Source: a virus
IMG/VR virus record: IMGVR_UViG_3300032883_000034
DNA length: 64,000 bases
Direction: 5' to 3' (one strand)
The notes under the pieces were generated by a model. It ran no database searches and was not told the origin of the DNA. It saw only the letters and a list, made by a program, of their open reading frames with translations. How positions within the stretch are numbered: the stretch's first letter is position 1; every line of letters begins with the position of its first letter. Positions 29,380-38,603 of the stretch are shown piece after piece. The position numbers and the translations under genes were made by a program.

Positions 29380-29417
29380 GGTCTATCAATCTAATTGATC
29401 CATAGGGGAGATACAAT

Positions 29418-29606
29418 ATGACACGCGACGATCTGGAAATCATGGTCGATAAGCTCCGCAAGGAGTTCGTCAAGCGTCAAGGTCTTGGTGGCTATAGCGC
29501 CGATGCCGAAACCATCATGTTTCTTACCAGCACCATGTACGAGATGGGAAGGCATATGCTTGAGGCCATGCCGCGCCCTCGCCCCATCCTCCCGAAGGGG
29601 AAGTAA
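29418..29606 (+). CDS. Hypothetical protein (62 aa), first gene of the sugar island
   Basis: ORF track; GGGGAG 7 nt upstream of the ATG. Confidence 0.4.
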   Translation: MTRDDLEIMVDKLRKEFVKRQGLGGYSADAETIMFLTSTMYEMGRHMLEAMPRPRPILPKGK

Positions 29607-29608
29607 GC

Positions 29609-30217
29609 ATGGGAACCTTTTTCAACACTCCACAAGTCCAAACCAGCACCAGTTATTATCCGAGTATTGGTGCCATCCAAGGGCCAAATGGCGCAGCCAA
29701 AAATTTCATCAATGCCATTCATACTGAGCGACTTAGGCTGGGTAGATTTAATGAGGGAATGTTATGGGGAGGAGTAACGGAAAAAATGGTTGGGTGGCTG
29801 AACGATCCCGATGTGGTCAGGTATTCCGAGCAACGCCACATCAAGCATACCATCGAAACCCAAGCGACTTATTTCAAGCATCTTCAAAGAAATTCGGGGA
29901 TTGATTATTGGTTTATCTATCTGAACGACAAGGAGCGGGACGCCCCATTTGGCCTGATCGGTTCCCTTACTGTCAGCGTTATTGATAAGCCAATCGCCAA
30001 TATCGGCATCATGATCGGGGACAAGACCGCATGGCACCATGGCTATGCCTTGGAAGCCATGAGCGCCATCATCAACGGGCTGGCGGGCGAAGGCTTCAAA
30101 CGGTTCGAAATTGGCACCATGGAAGAGAACCAGCCGATGATCAATCTGGCCATCTCCTGCGGCATGAAGGAAGAGAAGCGCAAGCACGGTTACGTCTACA
30201 TGGCAGCGGAGATTTGA
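29609..30217 (+). CDS. GNAT (RimL/PseH-like) N-acetyltransferase
   Basis: Acetyltransf_3-type pattern (RLRLGRF...NDPDVVRYSEQR...IGIMIGDKTAWHHGYALEAMSAIINGL...GFKRFEIGTMEENQPMINL). Confidence 0.7.
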   Translation: MGTFFNTPQVQTSTSYYPSIGAIQGPNGAAKNFINAIHTERLRLGRFNEGMLWGGVTEKMVGWLNDPDVVRYSEQRHIKHTIETQATYFKHLQRNSGIDYWFIYLNDKERDAPFGLIGSLTVSVIDKPIANIGIMIGDKTAWHHGYALEAMSAIINGLAGEGFKRFEIGTMEENQPMINLAISCGMKEEKRKHGYVYMAAEI

Positions 30218-30219
30218 CG

Positions 30220-30819
30220 ATGGGGAAACAGTCCATCTTCTTTCTGGGCGGGGAAGGTGCCGCTTGGATTGAACGCAATAAAGACAAGATAGACACCCTG
30301 AATGATCCAATCATACAGGCCATTCGTGACTCGGACATCCCGGTAGAAGAGGTTCTGGAGATCGGATGCGCTAATGGATGGCGCTTGAAAATCATCCGTA
30401 ATGAATATGGATGCCCCGCGTATGGTGTCGATCCCGGATATGGAGACATCAATATTGATACCGGAACCGCAGATGATTTGGATTGGAAGGACGGTACATT
30501 CAATGTCGTGATCTATGGCTTCTGTCTCTATCTCTGTGACAGGGAAGACCTGTTCAAGATTGTTTTGGAGGGAGATCGCGTCCTTCAAGAAGGCGGCTAC
30601 CTGATCATCTGGGACTTCCATCAGGACTTTCCCTATTCCCGTCCCTACGAACACAAGGAAGGCTTGCTCTCCTACAAGATGGACTACAGCAAATTATGGC
30701 TGGCCAATCCGGCCTATTACGTTGTGCATCGCCGCATCATCCAGAATACCGACAATCCCGATGACAGGACGGCGGTGACTATCCTGAAAAAGGATACCGC
30801 GCTGGCATGGCAGTCATGA
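30220..30819 (+). CDS. Class I SAM-dependent methyltransferase, pseudaminic-acid-cluster-associated methylase type
   Basis: I used the internal ATG at 30220, 3 nt after the GNAT stop. VLEIGCANGWRL (motif I). The N-terminus FFLGGEGAAWIERN resembles the FW.GEFG..Y..RN start of Pse-associated methylases. Confidence 0.65.
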   Translation: MGKQSIFFLGGEGAAWIERNKDKIDTLNDPIIQAIRDSDIPVEEVLEIGCANGWRLKIIRNEYGCPAYGVDPGYGDINIDTGTADDLDWKDGTFNVVIYGFCLYLCDREDLFKIVLEGDRVLQEGGYLIIWDFHQDFPYSRPYEHKEGLLSYKMDYSKLWLANPAYYVVHRRIIQNTDNPDDRTAVTILKKDTALAWQS

Positions 30820-31421
30820 TCAACCTGATCCTCAGTCCATATCCGCAACGTATCATCCCCATCATCTATGACGATGAACACGAAACAGGCAACGTACTCT
30901 GGGCGGAGGAATTACCGAAAGAGCTGATGTCCATGTTCACCATCGACTGGATCATCAGTTACGGGTTTCGGCACATCATCAAGGAGCCATGGCTGAATGC
31001 CTACAAGGGAAGGATCATCAACATCCACATCAGTCTGTTGCCATGGAACAGGGGCGCTGACCCCAACTTCTGGTCATGGTTCGACGATACTCCCAAGGGC
31101 ATTTCTATCCACGAAGTCGCCAAGGGACTGGATACCGGACCTGTCTATTTTCAGGGAGAAGCCTACTTCAATGCCAACGAATGGAACCATACTCTCGCAA
31201 CCACCTATTACGTCCTGCACCAGCAAGCCATCGAAAGCTTCAAGCAGATATGGCCGCAAATCAAGTCTGGATTGATGACGCCGATTCCACAGACCGGAAA
31301 GGGCAGCTACCACAAGGCCATCGATAAGATAAAATGGTTTGACCAACTGACCTATGGATACAATACGCCGGTCTACGAAGTGATGAAGCTGGGGGAGAAA
31401 AGCAGATGTCAAAAACAATAG
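30807..31421 (+). CDS. Formyltransferase (Formyl_trans_N family)
   Basis: INIHISLLPWNRGADP matches the H-x-S-L-L-P-x-x-R-G formyltransferase motif. Confidence 0.75.
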   Translation: MAVMINLILSPYPQRIIPIIYDDEHETGNVLWAEELPKELMSMFTIDWIISYGFRHIIKEPWLNAYKGRIINIHISLLPWNRGADPNFWSWFDDTPKGISIHEVAKGLDTGPVYFQGEAYFNANEWNHTLATTYYVLHQQAIESFKQIWPQIKSGLMTPIPQTGKGSYHKAIDKIKWFDQLTYGYNTPVYEVMKLGEKSRCQKQ

Positions 31422-32272
31422 GCGTATTGGGGCTAGGTTCTATCGGTATGCGTCACGCCCAAAACTTGAAGGCGCTTGATTGCAATATTCGTGGCTATGA
31501 CCCGGATATGAAGCGCCGCTTGGCGCTTAACGGCGTTCTCTGGGAACGTGATGAGGTTCTGAAATCCGATGCCATCGTTATCGCCAGCCCTACTTCGCGG
31601 CACTACTTCGATATAACCGATGTTCTTGCAGAGGCGAAGCCAATTTTCTGCGAGAAGCCAATAGCCGACAAACTTCCAAACCTTGAGAATACATTCTCAA
31701 GCGTAGCCATGGTTGGTTACAATCTTCGTTTCCATCCCTGCGTCAAGGAAGCCAAGAAGGCAATGGGAGCGATTGGAGAGCCGCTATGGGCAAATTTTTG
31801 TTGCGCCCAGTATAATGACAAGCCTGCGTATTTGCGTGACGGAGTGATACTCAACTGGTCCCATGAAATCGATCTGGCTCTTTATCTCTTGGGACCGGCT
31901 GTTGTCACAGGCTCGCAGACACGTACTCCCGGCTCCCACGATGACATGACCGACATTCTACTGACCCACAGGCAGGGGTGCATGACCGCCATCCATCTGG
32001 ACTACGTTACCAAGCCGGAATTGCGGGGCTTCACCATCTACGGCACCAAGGGAAACATGAATGTAGGATTGACCTCTGGCTCCATGTTCTTCGCGCTCTC
32101 TGGCCAACAGCCGGTGCTGATGGAGACTGACTGGAATGACATCTACAAGGAAGAGATGGAGGCCTTCATCCGGCGCGTCGATGGCGCTGTGACACTGGGT
32201 GCCACCGGTCAGGAAGGTTTGGACACCCTCAAGATATGTTTGGAAGTCCGTAAACAGGCAGGTTTGATATGA
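31406..32272 (+). CDS. Gfo/Idh/MocA-family NAD(P)-dependent oxidoreductase
   Basis: N-terminal IGVLGLGSIGMRHA Rossmann motif, EKP motif (FCEKPIA), and family-typical length. Confidence 0.7.
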   Translation: MSKTIGVLGLGSIGMRHAQNLKALDCNIRGYDPDMKRRLALNGVLWERDEVLKSDAIVIASPTSRHYFDITDVLAEAKPIFCEKPIADKLPNLENTFSSVAMVGYNLRFHPCVKEAKKAMGAIGEPLWANFCCAQYNDKPAYLRDGVILNWSHEIDLALYLLGPAVVTGSQTRTPGSHDDMTDILLTHRQGCMTAIHLDYVTKPELRGFTIYGTKGNMNVGLTSGSMFFALSGQQPVLMETDWNDIYKEEMEAFIRRVDGAVTLGATGQEGLDTLKICLEVRKQAGLI

Positions 32273-34317
32273 AGACAGTATTGATTGGCATCGCTCGCAT
32301 GGGGTCCACAAGACTTCCGGGAAAGGTATTGAAAAAGCTTGGAGGGCATGCCTATCCATACAATTCTTTACATCGCATTATGCACATTGGATACCGCGCT
32401 CCGAAAGTAGATCAGGTAGTTATTGCCACATCCACGCTTCCGCAAGATGATGCCATCCACGATTTTGTCGTTAACGATATTGGGCTGAGCGGCATAGGTG
32501 TCTTTCGTGGAAGCGAAACGGATGTGCTTTCTCGCGTCTATGAGGCAGCGGTAGCCTTTAAGGCAGATGTCATTGTCCGTGTGACATGCGATTGCCCATT
32601 TTTGGACCCACAGGTTATTGGCGAAGTGATCGCTCTGAGGGCCGCCACTGGAGCCGCATACTGTTCCAACAATGATCCGCCGGTATGGCCGGATGGGCTG
32701 GATTGCGAAGCCTTTACCATGGAGGCGCTGACCGCCGCCCATTACGAAGCCAAGCGGCCCACTGACCGCGATACCGTCACGCAGTTCATCGTCCGCAATC
32801 GCAGGCGCTTTCCAGCCGTATCGCTACCCTGTCCGTTGCCGGGGATGAACCGGGAAAGATGGGTACTGGATACCGTCAACGATCTGGCCTTCTGTGAACG
32901 GATAGCCGACGAATTTTGCGATCAGCATATGCCGCCATCCTATCTTCAGATACTCGAATTCCTGAACAAGAACCCGCATCTGAGGGATATCAATTCCCAT
33001 CATCCCCGCAACGAGCGGTTCTTCGAGGCACTGATCAATGAGGAACCTGTCACAAGGCCCCACGATGTCTCCAAAGCCCTTCTCGCGAAGACGCGGGAAA
33101 TCATTCCGCTGGCGGCGCAGACCTTTAGTAAATCGTATCTACAGTATCCGCAGGAAGCGCCGCTGTTCGTCACCCATGGCAACGGTGGAGTGGTCTATGA
33201 CGTTGATGGCAACGATTACGTGGACCTTGTTGGCGGGCTGTTGCCTAATATTCTTGGTTATCGTGACCCTGATGTTGATTTTGCTGTTCGGCAACAGCTA
33301 GGCGCGGGCATCTCATTCTCCGTCGCCACCGAACTGGAAGCCGAATTGGCTCTCAAGCTTCGTCAAATCATCCCCTGCGCCGAAATGTCCCGCTTCGGAA
33401 AGAACGGTACCGATGTCACACAGGCTGCAATCCGGCTGGCAAGGCATTATACCAAGCGGCAGAACATCCTGACTTCCGGTTATCACGGCTGGAGCGACTG
33501 GTCGATTTGTCACGACCCGATGCGGCACAACGGCGTTCTGGACGATGTGCAGAAGCACACCACCATCCTCACCCATGGCGACATCAATGCGGTCAAGGTG
33601 GCGCTTTATACCGGTTCATTTGCCTGTGTCATCGTGGAGCCGGAAACCGATCCGGTCTTCCTCGGTGAGTTGCGCCGGGTTTGCGACCTTACCAAAACCA
33701 TCCTGATCTTCGACGAGATCATCACCGGCTTCCGCTTTGGCCTCGGGGGGGCGCAATCGCTCTACAATGTCATCCCGGACCTTGCCACCTTCGGCAAGTC
33801 GATGGGCAACGGGATGCCCATTTCGGTCCTCTGCGGCAAGACTATGTATATGAAGGAGATGGAAAACATCTGCTTCTCAGGCACCTTCTTTGGAGAAACC
33901 CTGTCCCTTGCGGCCTCCTTGGCGACCATCAAGAAGCTGGAGCAGGAGCCGGTCAACAAGCGGCTGTATCTCTACAACAAGGAGATGCAGAGGACAATTC
34001 AAGAGATTGCCCATAAATACAAGGTGTACAGCATTAACGCTTTTGGTGACCATCTACTACGTCTGAACTTTTCAGATCAGGACATCAAGACGCTGTTCAT
34101 TCAGGAGATGATTGCCAATGGTATCCTCATCATCACATCCTTCAACTTCTGCTGGGCACACGAAGATCATCATATCACCCGTATCCATAGAGCCTTGGAT
34201 CGCACCTTTGCAACTATATCCAAAGCCATTAGAGAGGATAAAGTCAGTGAAAGCATCAAAGGCAAAGTCATCGAAGCCAGCGCCAACGTCAGGCAAAATA
34301 AATATCAGGCGGGATAG
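32269..34317 (+). CDS. Fusion protein: SpsF/PseF-type cytidylyltransferase (N-terminal) + class III (GSA-type) aminotransferase (C-terminal)
   Basis: ARMGSTRLPGKVL (CTP_transf_3). C-terminal half has YDVDGNDYVDLVGG, FGKNGTDVTQAAIRLAR, IFDEIITGFR and TFGKSMGNGMP (PLP lysine). Confidence 0.8.
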   Translation: MKTVLIGIARMGSTRLPGKVLKKLGGHAYPYNSLHRIMHIGYRAPKVDQVVIATSTLPQDDAIHDFVVNDIGLSGIGVFRGSETDVLSRVYEAAVAFKADVIVRVTCDCPFLDPQVIGEVIALRAATGAAYCSNNDPPVWPDGLDCEAFTMEALTAAHYEAKRPTDRDTVTQFIVRNRRRFPAVSLPCPLPGMNRERWVLDTVNDLAFCERIADEFCDQHMPPSYLQILEFLNKNPHLRDINSHHPRNERFFEALINEEPVTRPHDVSKALLAKTREIIPLAAQTFSKSYLQYPQEAPLFVTHGNGGVVYDVDGNDYVDLVGGLLPNILGYRDPDVDFAVRQQLGAGISFSVATELEAELALKLRQIIPCAEMSRFGKNGTDVTQAAIRLARHYTKRQNILTSGYHGWSDWSICHDPMRHNGVLDDVQKHTTILTHGDINAVKVALYTGSFACVIVEPETDPVFLGELRRVCDLTKTILIFDEIITGFRFGLGGAQSLYNVIPDLATFGKSMGNGMPISVLCGKTMYMKEMENICFSGTFFGETLSLAASLATIKKLEQEPVNKRLYLYNKEMQRTIQEIAHKYKVYSINAFGDHLLRLNFSDQDIKTLFIQEMIANGILIITSFNFCWAHEDHHITRIHRALDRTFATISKAIREDKVSESIKGKVIEASANVRQNKYQAG

Positions 34318-34482
34318 CGGACTGATTAACGATATCGAAAATGTCAGAAAATCCAATAACGCGCTCTGGATGGATATTCTGAGGATCGCCTATACGTCGC
34401 GCACCGTCCATACCAAGCGCATCCTCGGAAAGATCAGCAAGAACGACGCTGACATCAACGATATGCTGAAAAGGCTTTCGAA

Positions 34483-34674
34483 ATGAGAGCGATCAAGGAT
34501 GGCATTGAATTGGTTATCTGCATCCGGGGCAGGTTCTTTATGGTCGGCCTATTCCCGTTCAGTTGGACCTTATGGGAATACAAGAGGTTTTCCGTACCGA
34601 CAGAAGGGTACTCCATCCAGATAGGGCCGATTGCCTTCGTTGTCATGGGATGGTTTGAATTGGATGTGAAATGA
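34483..34674 (+). CDS. Hypothetical small protein (63 aa)
   Basis: ATGA-coupled at both ends, to pseI at the 3' end. Confidence 0.4.
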   Translation: MRAIKDGIELVICIRGRFFMVGLFPFSWTLWEYKRFSVPTEGYSIQIGPIAFVVMGWFELDVK

Positions 34675-35690
34675 AGATCGGTGATTACGAGATTGCCAAC
34701 GGCAACAAGCCGTATTTGATTGCGGAGATAAGTTGCAATCATGGTGGCTCGCTGCATCTCGCCTGCGAGTTGATTGTGTTGGCCAAGTGTGCGGGAGCCG
34801 ATGCGGTGAAGTTTCAGGCTTATACTCCTGAGACTATCACTCTCAATATCCAGAAAGCTGATTTTCTGATCAAGAGCGGACCATGGCAGGGATGGTATCT
34901 TCACGACTTATATAAGGATGCCCATACGCCCTTCGAGTGGTTTCCAAGGCTTTACGAGGTCGCGGATGAAGTCGGCATTACCCTATTTGCGTCCGTTTTC
35001 GATCCTACATCGGTGGATATGCTGGAGAGGCTTGGGTGTCCAGCCTACAAGATCGCATCGATGGAGATCGTGGACATCCCGCTGATCCGGTATGCGGCCT
35101 CCACCAACAAGCCGCTGATTATATCCACCGGGATGGCGAGCGAGCATGAAATTCATCAGGCGATGCGGGCGGCGCATTCCTACAATAATTGCGCCATGCT
35201 CGCATGTGTATCGTCCTATCCGGCTACTCTGGGAGAGAGCGGACTGGGGCGACTGAAGGCCTTGCGGGACATCGCCTACATCAGCGGCCTGTCGGATCAT
35301 TCACTGGGGGACGAAGTGACCATCGCGGCTACGGGAATGGGAGCCGCCATTATCGAAAAGCACTTCTGCCAGTCCAGAGATCGCCTGATCCACGATGCCG
35401 AGTTCTCCATGGAACCGGAGGAATTCTTGGCCATGTCGAACCACATCAAGTGGATACATGCTTCTCTGGTCAACAAGGAATACAAGAGCGAGGAAGCCTC
35501 ACGCCAGTTCCGGCGTTCGCTCTATGCGGTGGAGAACATCGGCAAGGGCGAATGGTTCACCGAGAAGAATGTGCGGTCGATCCGGCCCGGATACGGACTG
35601 CCCCCGGTGCAGATCAAGTGGCTGATGAACCATCGTGCCGTGGTGGATATTCCCAGAGGGACCGCGCTGAAGAAGGAGATGGTCAAGTGA
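34671..35690 (+). CDS. pseI: Pseudaminic acid synthase (NeuB family + SAF domain)
   Basis: YLIAEISCNHGGS; FLIKSGPWQGWYLHDLYKDAHTPFEW closely parallels C. jejuni PseI FIIKGGLWDKRKLYELYESAKTPYEW (from memory). C-terminal RRSLYAVENIGKGEWFTEKNVRSIRPG (SAF). Confidence 0.85.
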   Translation: MKIGDYEIANGNKPYLIAEISCNHGGSLHLACELIVLAKCAGADAVKFQAYTPETITLNIQKADFLIKSGPWQGWYLHDLYKDAHTPFEWFPRLYEVADEVGITLFASVFDPTSVDMLERLGCPAYKIASMEIVDIPLIRYAASTNKPLIISTGMASEHEIHQAMRAAHSYNNCAMLACVSSYPATLGESGLGRLKALRDIAYISGLSDHSLGDEVTIAATGMGAAIIEKHFCQSRDRLIHDAEFSMEPEEFLAMSNHIKWIHASLVNKEYKSEEASRQFRRSLYAVENIGKGEWFTEKNVRSIRPGYGLPPVQIKWLMNHRAVVDIPRGTALKKEMVK

Positions 35691-35902
35691 AAAATCTGAT
35701 CGATGGATACTTCAGGCTTCGACAAGACAGCGAAGGCCTTAAGGCTTATGGACACCTGTTCGAGGCAAGGCCTTGGTCCAAGCGGGATGATTGCGCCGTC
35801 CGCAAGTCGGAAGACGGAACGGTTCTCAAGGTTTACCTTGTGGAAGGCGACGTAGAGGCCTGCATCCTCTTCGTGGACGGTTCGTGCAAGACCTACAGCT
35901 AG
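35687..35902 (+). CDS. Possible small protein (71 aa, GTG start)
   Basis: GTGA overlap with the pseI stop. This is the 3' part of track ORF 35189-35902, whose 5' part is out of frame inside pseI. Confidence 0.3.
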   Translation: MKNLIDGYFRLRQDSEGLKAYGHLFEARPWSKRDDCAVRKSEDGTVLKVYLVEGDVEACILFVDGSCKTYS

Positions 35903-35933
35903 TCCCATCGGCCAAGGATAAGGAGCTGGTGAA

Positions 35934-36170
35934 ATGAAGGGGAGCTGGAAGCCTCGCGGCGAATACAAGACGCTCGTTGACCCATCATCACACAGGGTAA
36001 TTCTAACGCGAGGTAAGCATGCGGGACCAATGCTTTGCCTTTATGTTCCGGATGCGGAGCGCGGTGACCATTTCCACGTTTGTCCCATGGCACCTATTTT
36101 CTACGGCAAGAACCAGTTTGGCGTCTGGTACAACGATTTTTTCGATGAATGGATGGAGTTTCCGGAATGA
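35934..36170 (+). CDS. Hypothetical protein (78 aa)
   Basis: ORF track. Confidence 0.4.
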   Translation: MKGSWKPRGEYKTLVDPSSHRVILTRGKHAGPMLCLYVPDAERGDHFHVCPMAPIFYGKNQFGVWYNDFFDEWMEFPE

Positions 36171-36340
36171 TCAAGCGGCTGGCGAACTGGTTGATGAAGA
36201 TACTCGGCATCGAACGCTGCGAACACAAGTGGGTGCAGCGCAGCCAGATCATCACCATGCACGGCACCGAGCGGGTCTTCATCTGCGACAAGTGCCTGCG
36301 GTTCAAGTTCGAACCCTATGGCTGGAGGCCGCTGAAATGA
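36167..36340 (+). CDS. Hypothetical small Cys-containing protein (57 aa)
   Basis: ATGA-coupled at both ends. CEHKW...CDKC. Confidence 0.4.
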   Translation: MIKRLANWLMKILGIERCEHKWVQRSQIITMHGTERVFICDKCLRFKFEPYGWRPLK

Positions 36341-37191
36341 AGAGTGTGCTGATTACGGGTGGCTCGGGCGCTCTTGGCAATGCGCTGGTGGAGCGGCTTC
36401 TTGGGGATAAGGAGCCGTCGCGGATCGTGGTCTACTCCCGTGGCGAGTACCAGCAGTTCCTGATGCGACAACGGATGCCGGTCGAGCAGTTGGACCGGTT
36501 GAGGTTCATGATCGGGGATGTCCGGGACGAGGCACGATTAAGACGCGCCATGGAGGGGGTGGATACCGTGATCCACGCGGCGGCGCTGAAGCGGATCGAA
36601 GTCGGCAACTACAATCCCATCGAAATGGTGAAGACCAATGTGGGAGGGGCCATCAGCGTGATCGAAGCCTCCCACGATGCCGGGGTCAAGAAGGTGGTGG
36701 GGATTTCATCCGACAAGGCATGGCAACCGGTGTCGCCCTACGGCACATCGAAGGCGCTGGCCGAGTCGATCTTTCTGGCCGCGAACAATACAACGGGATG
36801 GAAGGGACCGAAGTTCAGCGTGTGCCGCTATGGGAATGTCTGGGGATCGACAGGATCGGTGGTGCCGATATGGCAAGCGTTGCGGGATGACTGGATTGGT
36901 CTTGTCAGGCTCAAGGTACCGGTAACCCATCCGGACTGCACCCGGTTCTTCATGCGAATGGAGGAAGCAGTTGACCTGATCCTGAAGACGGTCGAGATGG
37001 CTGAATATACCAAGCCGGTTATTCCGATATTGCCAGCCTACCGTCTGGGCGATCTGGCCGAAGCCATGGGTCTGGATATGGATATCCGGGGGCTTCCACC
37101 GTGGGAAAAACTGCATGAAGGGATGGAGCATGGCAATACCTCGGACAAGGCGCGAAGAATGACGGTGGAAGAGTTGAGGGCGGAGTTATGA
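36337..37191 (+). CDS. pseB: UDP-GlcNAc inverting 4,6-dehydratase (PseB/FlmA, Polysacc_synt_2)
   Basis: I used the internal ATG at 36337 (ATGA coupling). LITGGSGALG, RFMIGDVRD, VIHAAALK, PYGTSK, VCRYGNVWGSTGSVVPIW, near-collinear with PseB as remembered. Confidence 0.85.
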   Translation: MKSVLITGGSGALGNALVERLLGDKEPSRIVVYSRGEYQQFLMRQRMPVEQLDRLRFMIGDVRDEARLRRAMEGVDTVIHAAALKRIEVGNYNPIEMVKTNVGGAISVIEASHDAGVKKVVGISSDKAWQPVSPYGTSKALAESIFLAANNTTGWKGPKFSVCRYGNVWGSTGSVVPIWQALRDDWIGLVRLKVPVTHPDCTRFFMRMEEAVDLILKTVEMAEYTKPVIPILPAYRLGDLAEAMGLDMDIRGLPPWEKLHEGMEHGNTSDKARRMTVEELRAEL

Positions 37192-38354
37192 GCGAGAAGC
37201 TGGCTTGCGGGGGTGGTCACATGACCCTCGGGGAGCGACTGCCCCGGTATAATTCGATAGGACCGGACGAGATCGCCATCGTGAGGCGATTGATGGGCCA
37301 CCATCCCCTCTCCGGTTTTCTGGGCGGCATGATGCGGGGCGGGCATTATGTGCAGCGGTTCGAGGAGTTATGGTCACGGATGTTTCACGTGAAACATTCC
37401 ATCCTCGTCAATTCAGCCACATCGGGGTTGCTGGCGGCTTGCGAGGCGGCGGGCGTTCGCCCCGGCACCATTGTTGAAACAACGCCCTTTACCATGTCGG
37501 CCACGGCGGCGGCGGCTAGGTTTCTGGGCGCTGATATCTGGTTCGGGGATATCGAAGAAGATACCTTCTGCCTTGATCGCCTGTCTTGGAACCGGAACAT
37601 CAAGGCCACCATCGTCACCAACCTGTTCGGGCATCCCGCCCGGTTACGAACCATGCGGGAAGAGGCCGACCAGATGGGGCGCATCCTGATCGAAGACAAT
37701 GCACAGGCCCCGATGGCGATGGAGGATGGCAAGTATACCGGTACTATCGGTCATATCGGGGTTTTTAGTCTCAACATCCATAAACACATCCAGTGCGGCG
37801 AGGGGGGCGTGATCTGCACCCAAGACGATGGGCTGGCCAAGGAGATGAGGGGGTTTATCAACCATGGAGAGCTAAGTGGAGGGAAGGTGGGGCTTAATCT
37901 CAGGGCTACCGAGATCACGGCGGCGATTGGGATTTCTCAATTAGCTAGGTCCACGGAGCTTATCGGAAAACGTGTGGATCAGGCTGAGAAGTTAATTGCC
38001 AAAATTGCCAAAATTGCCAAAACCAACTGGCTAACTCCACCCGTAGTGCGCGATGGCTGCACCCATGTCTATTACATGGTGCCGTTCAGGTATGTCAGGT
38101 CCGAGGGTATGCCGCACCGCAACGTAGTGGTGGATGCTCTGGTGGCGGAGGGAGTGCCGCTGGTGAAGGGCTATGTTACCCCGCTGAACCGGATGAAGCA
38201 GTTCGTGAACGAGATACCGCCAGAAGACGTATCCTCCCGGATGCACTATGACGAGATGATCTGCTTTTCCAACTGCGAATGGTCGCCCACGGATACCCAG
38301 ATCGATCTGATCGGGGAAGCCTTCGCCAAGGTATCAAATGCCTTCGGTCTTTGA
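37188..38354 (+). CDS. pseC: DegT/DnrJ/EryC1-family PLP aminotransferase (PseC type)
   Basis: LVNSATSGLLAA, IEDNAQA, FSLNIHKHIQCGEGG (PLP lysine context). ATGA-coupled to pseB. Confidence 0.8.
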   Translation: MSEKLACGGGHMTLGERLPRYNSIGPDEIAIVRRLMGHHPLSGFLGGMMRGGHYVQRFEELWSRMFHVKHSILVNSATSGLLAACEAAGVRPGTIVETTPFTMSATAAAARFLGADIWFGDIEEDTFCLDRLSWNRNIKATIVTNLFGHPARLRTMREEADQMGRILIEDNAQAPMAMEDGKYTGTIGHIGVFSLNIHKHIQCGEGGVICTQDDGLAKEMRGFINHGELSGGKVGLNLRATEITAAIGISQLARSTELIGKRVDQAEKLIAKIAKIAKTNWLTPPVVRDGCTHVYYMVPFRYVRSEGMPHRNVVVDALVAEGVPLVKGYVTPLNRMKQFVNEIPPEDVSSRMHYDEMICFSNCEWSPTDTQIDLIGEAFAKVSNAFGL

Positions 38355-38393
38355 ACCCGAGGTGGACAGGGCGCTGACCAAGGGGGAATTGAA

Positions 38394-38486
38394 ATGACCA
38401 TCATGGGACTATTGGGAATACTGATTTATGTGGGATTGATCTTGCTGATTCTGGCTATATTTGCCCGTGTCATTTTGAGACTTTGA
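38394..38486 (+). CDS. Tiny single-TM peptide (30 aa)
   Basis: Hand-found: AAGGGGGA then ATG; MTIMGLLGILIYVGLILLILAIFARVILRL. Confidence 0.35.
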   Translation: MTIMGLLGILIYVGLILLILAIFARVILRL

Positions 38487-38489
38487 CCA

Positions 38490-38603
38490 ATGGGTATGCT
38501 GGACACGCTGGCTTGGTACGACCGGTGGGTACCCGTCATGTTATGGATTTCTCTGGCTATCTTGGCCATCTTCATCGCCCTGAGAAACAGGAGATCAAAA
38601 TGA
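38490..38603 (+). CDS. Tiny single-TM peptide (37 aa)
   Basis: Hand-found: MGMLDTLAWYDRWVPVMLWISLAILAIFIALRNRRSK. Its stop overlaps the next ATG. Confidence 0.35.
   Translation: MGMLDTLAWYDRWVPVMLWISLAILAIFIALRNRRSK

Noticed and set aside
29762-30654. Minus-strand ORFs of 182, 120 and 152 aa inside the sugar island (similar ones at 31958-32359, 32368-32742, 35522-35968, 36706-37131)
   Set aside because: All are antisense to enzymes with clear catalytic motifs and lack recognisable features.
34318-34486. 3' part of track ORF 34112-34486 (…LINDIENVRKSNNALWMDILRIAYTSR…KRLSK) as a separate small gene
   Set aside because: Its stop overlaps the next ATG (ATGA), which suggests real translation. 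However, there is no ATG/GTG/TTG start with an RBS after the upstream stop at 34317 except an internal Met, so it is left uncalled.
35189-35686. 5' part of the 237-aa + ORF overlapping pseI, and the 36019-36336 N-terminal extension of pseB
   Set aside because: Both are out of frame with, or upstream of, well-supported genes and give Arg/His-rich nonsense. Only the parts after the coupled starts (35687, 36337) were kept.
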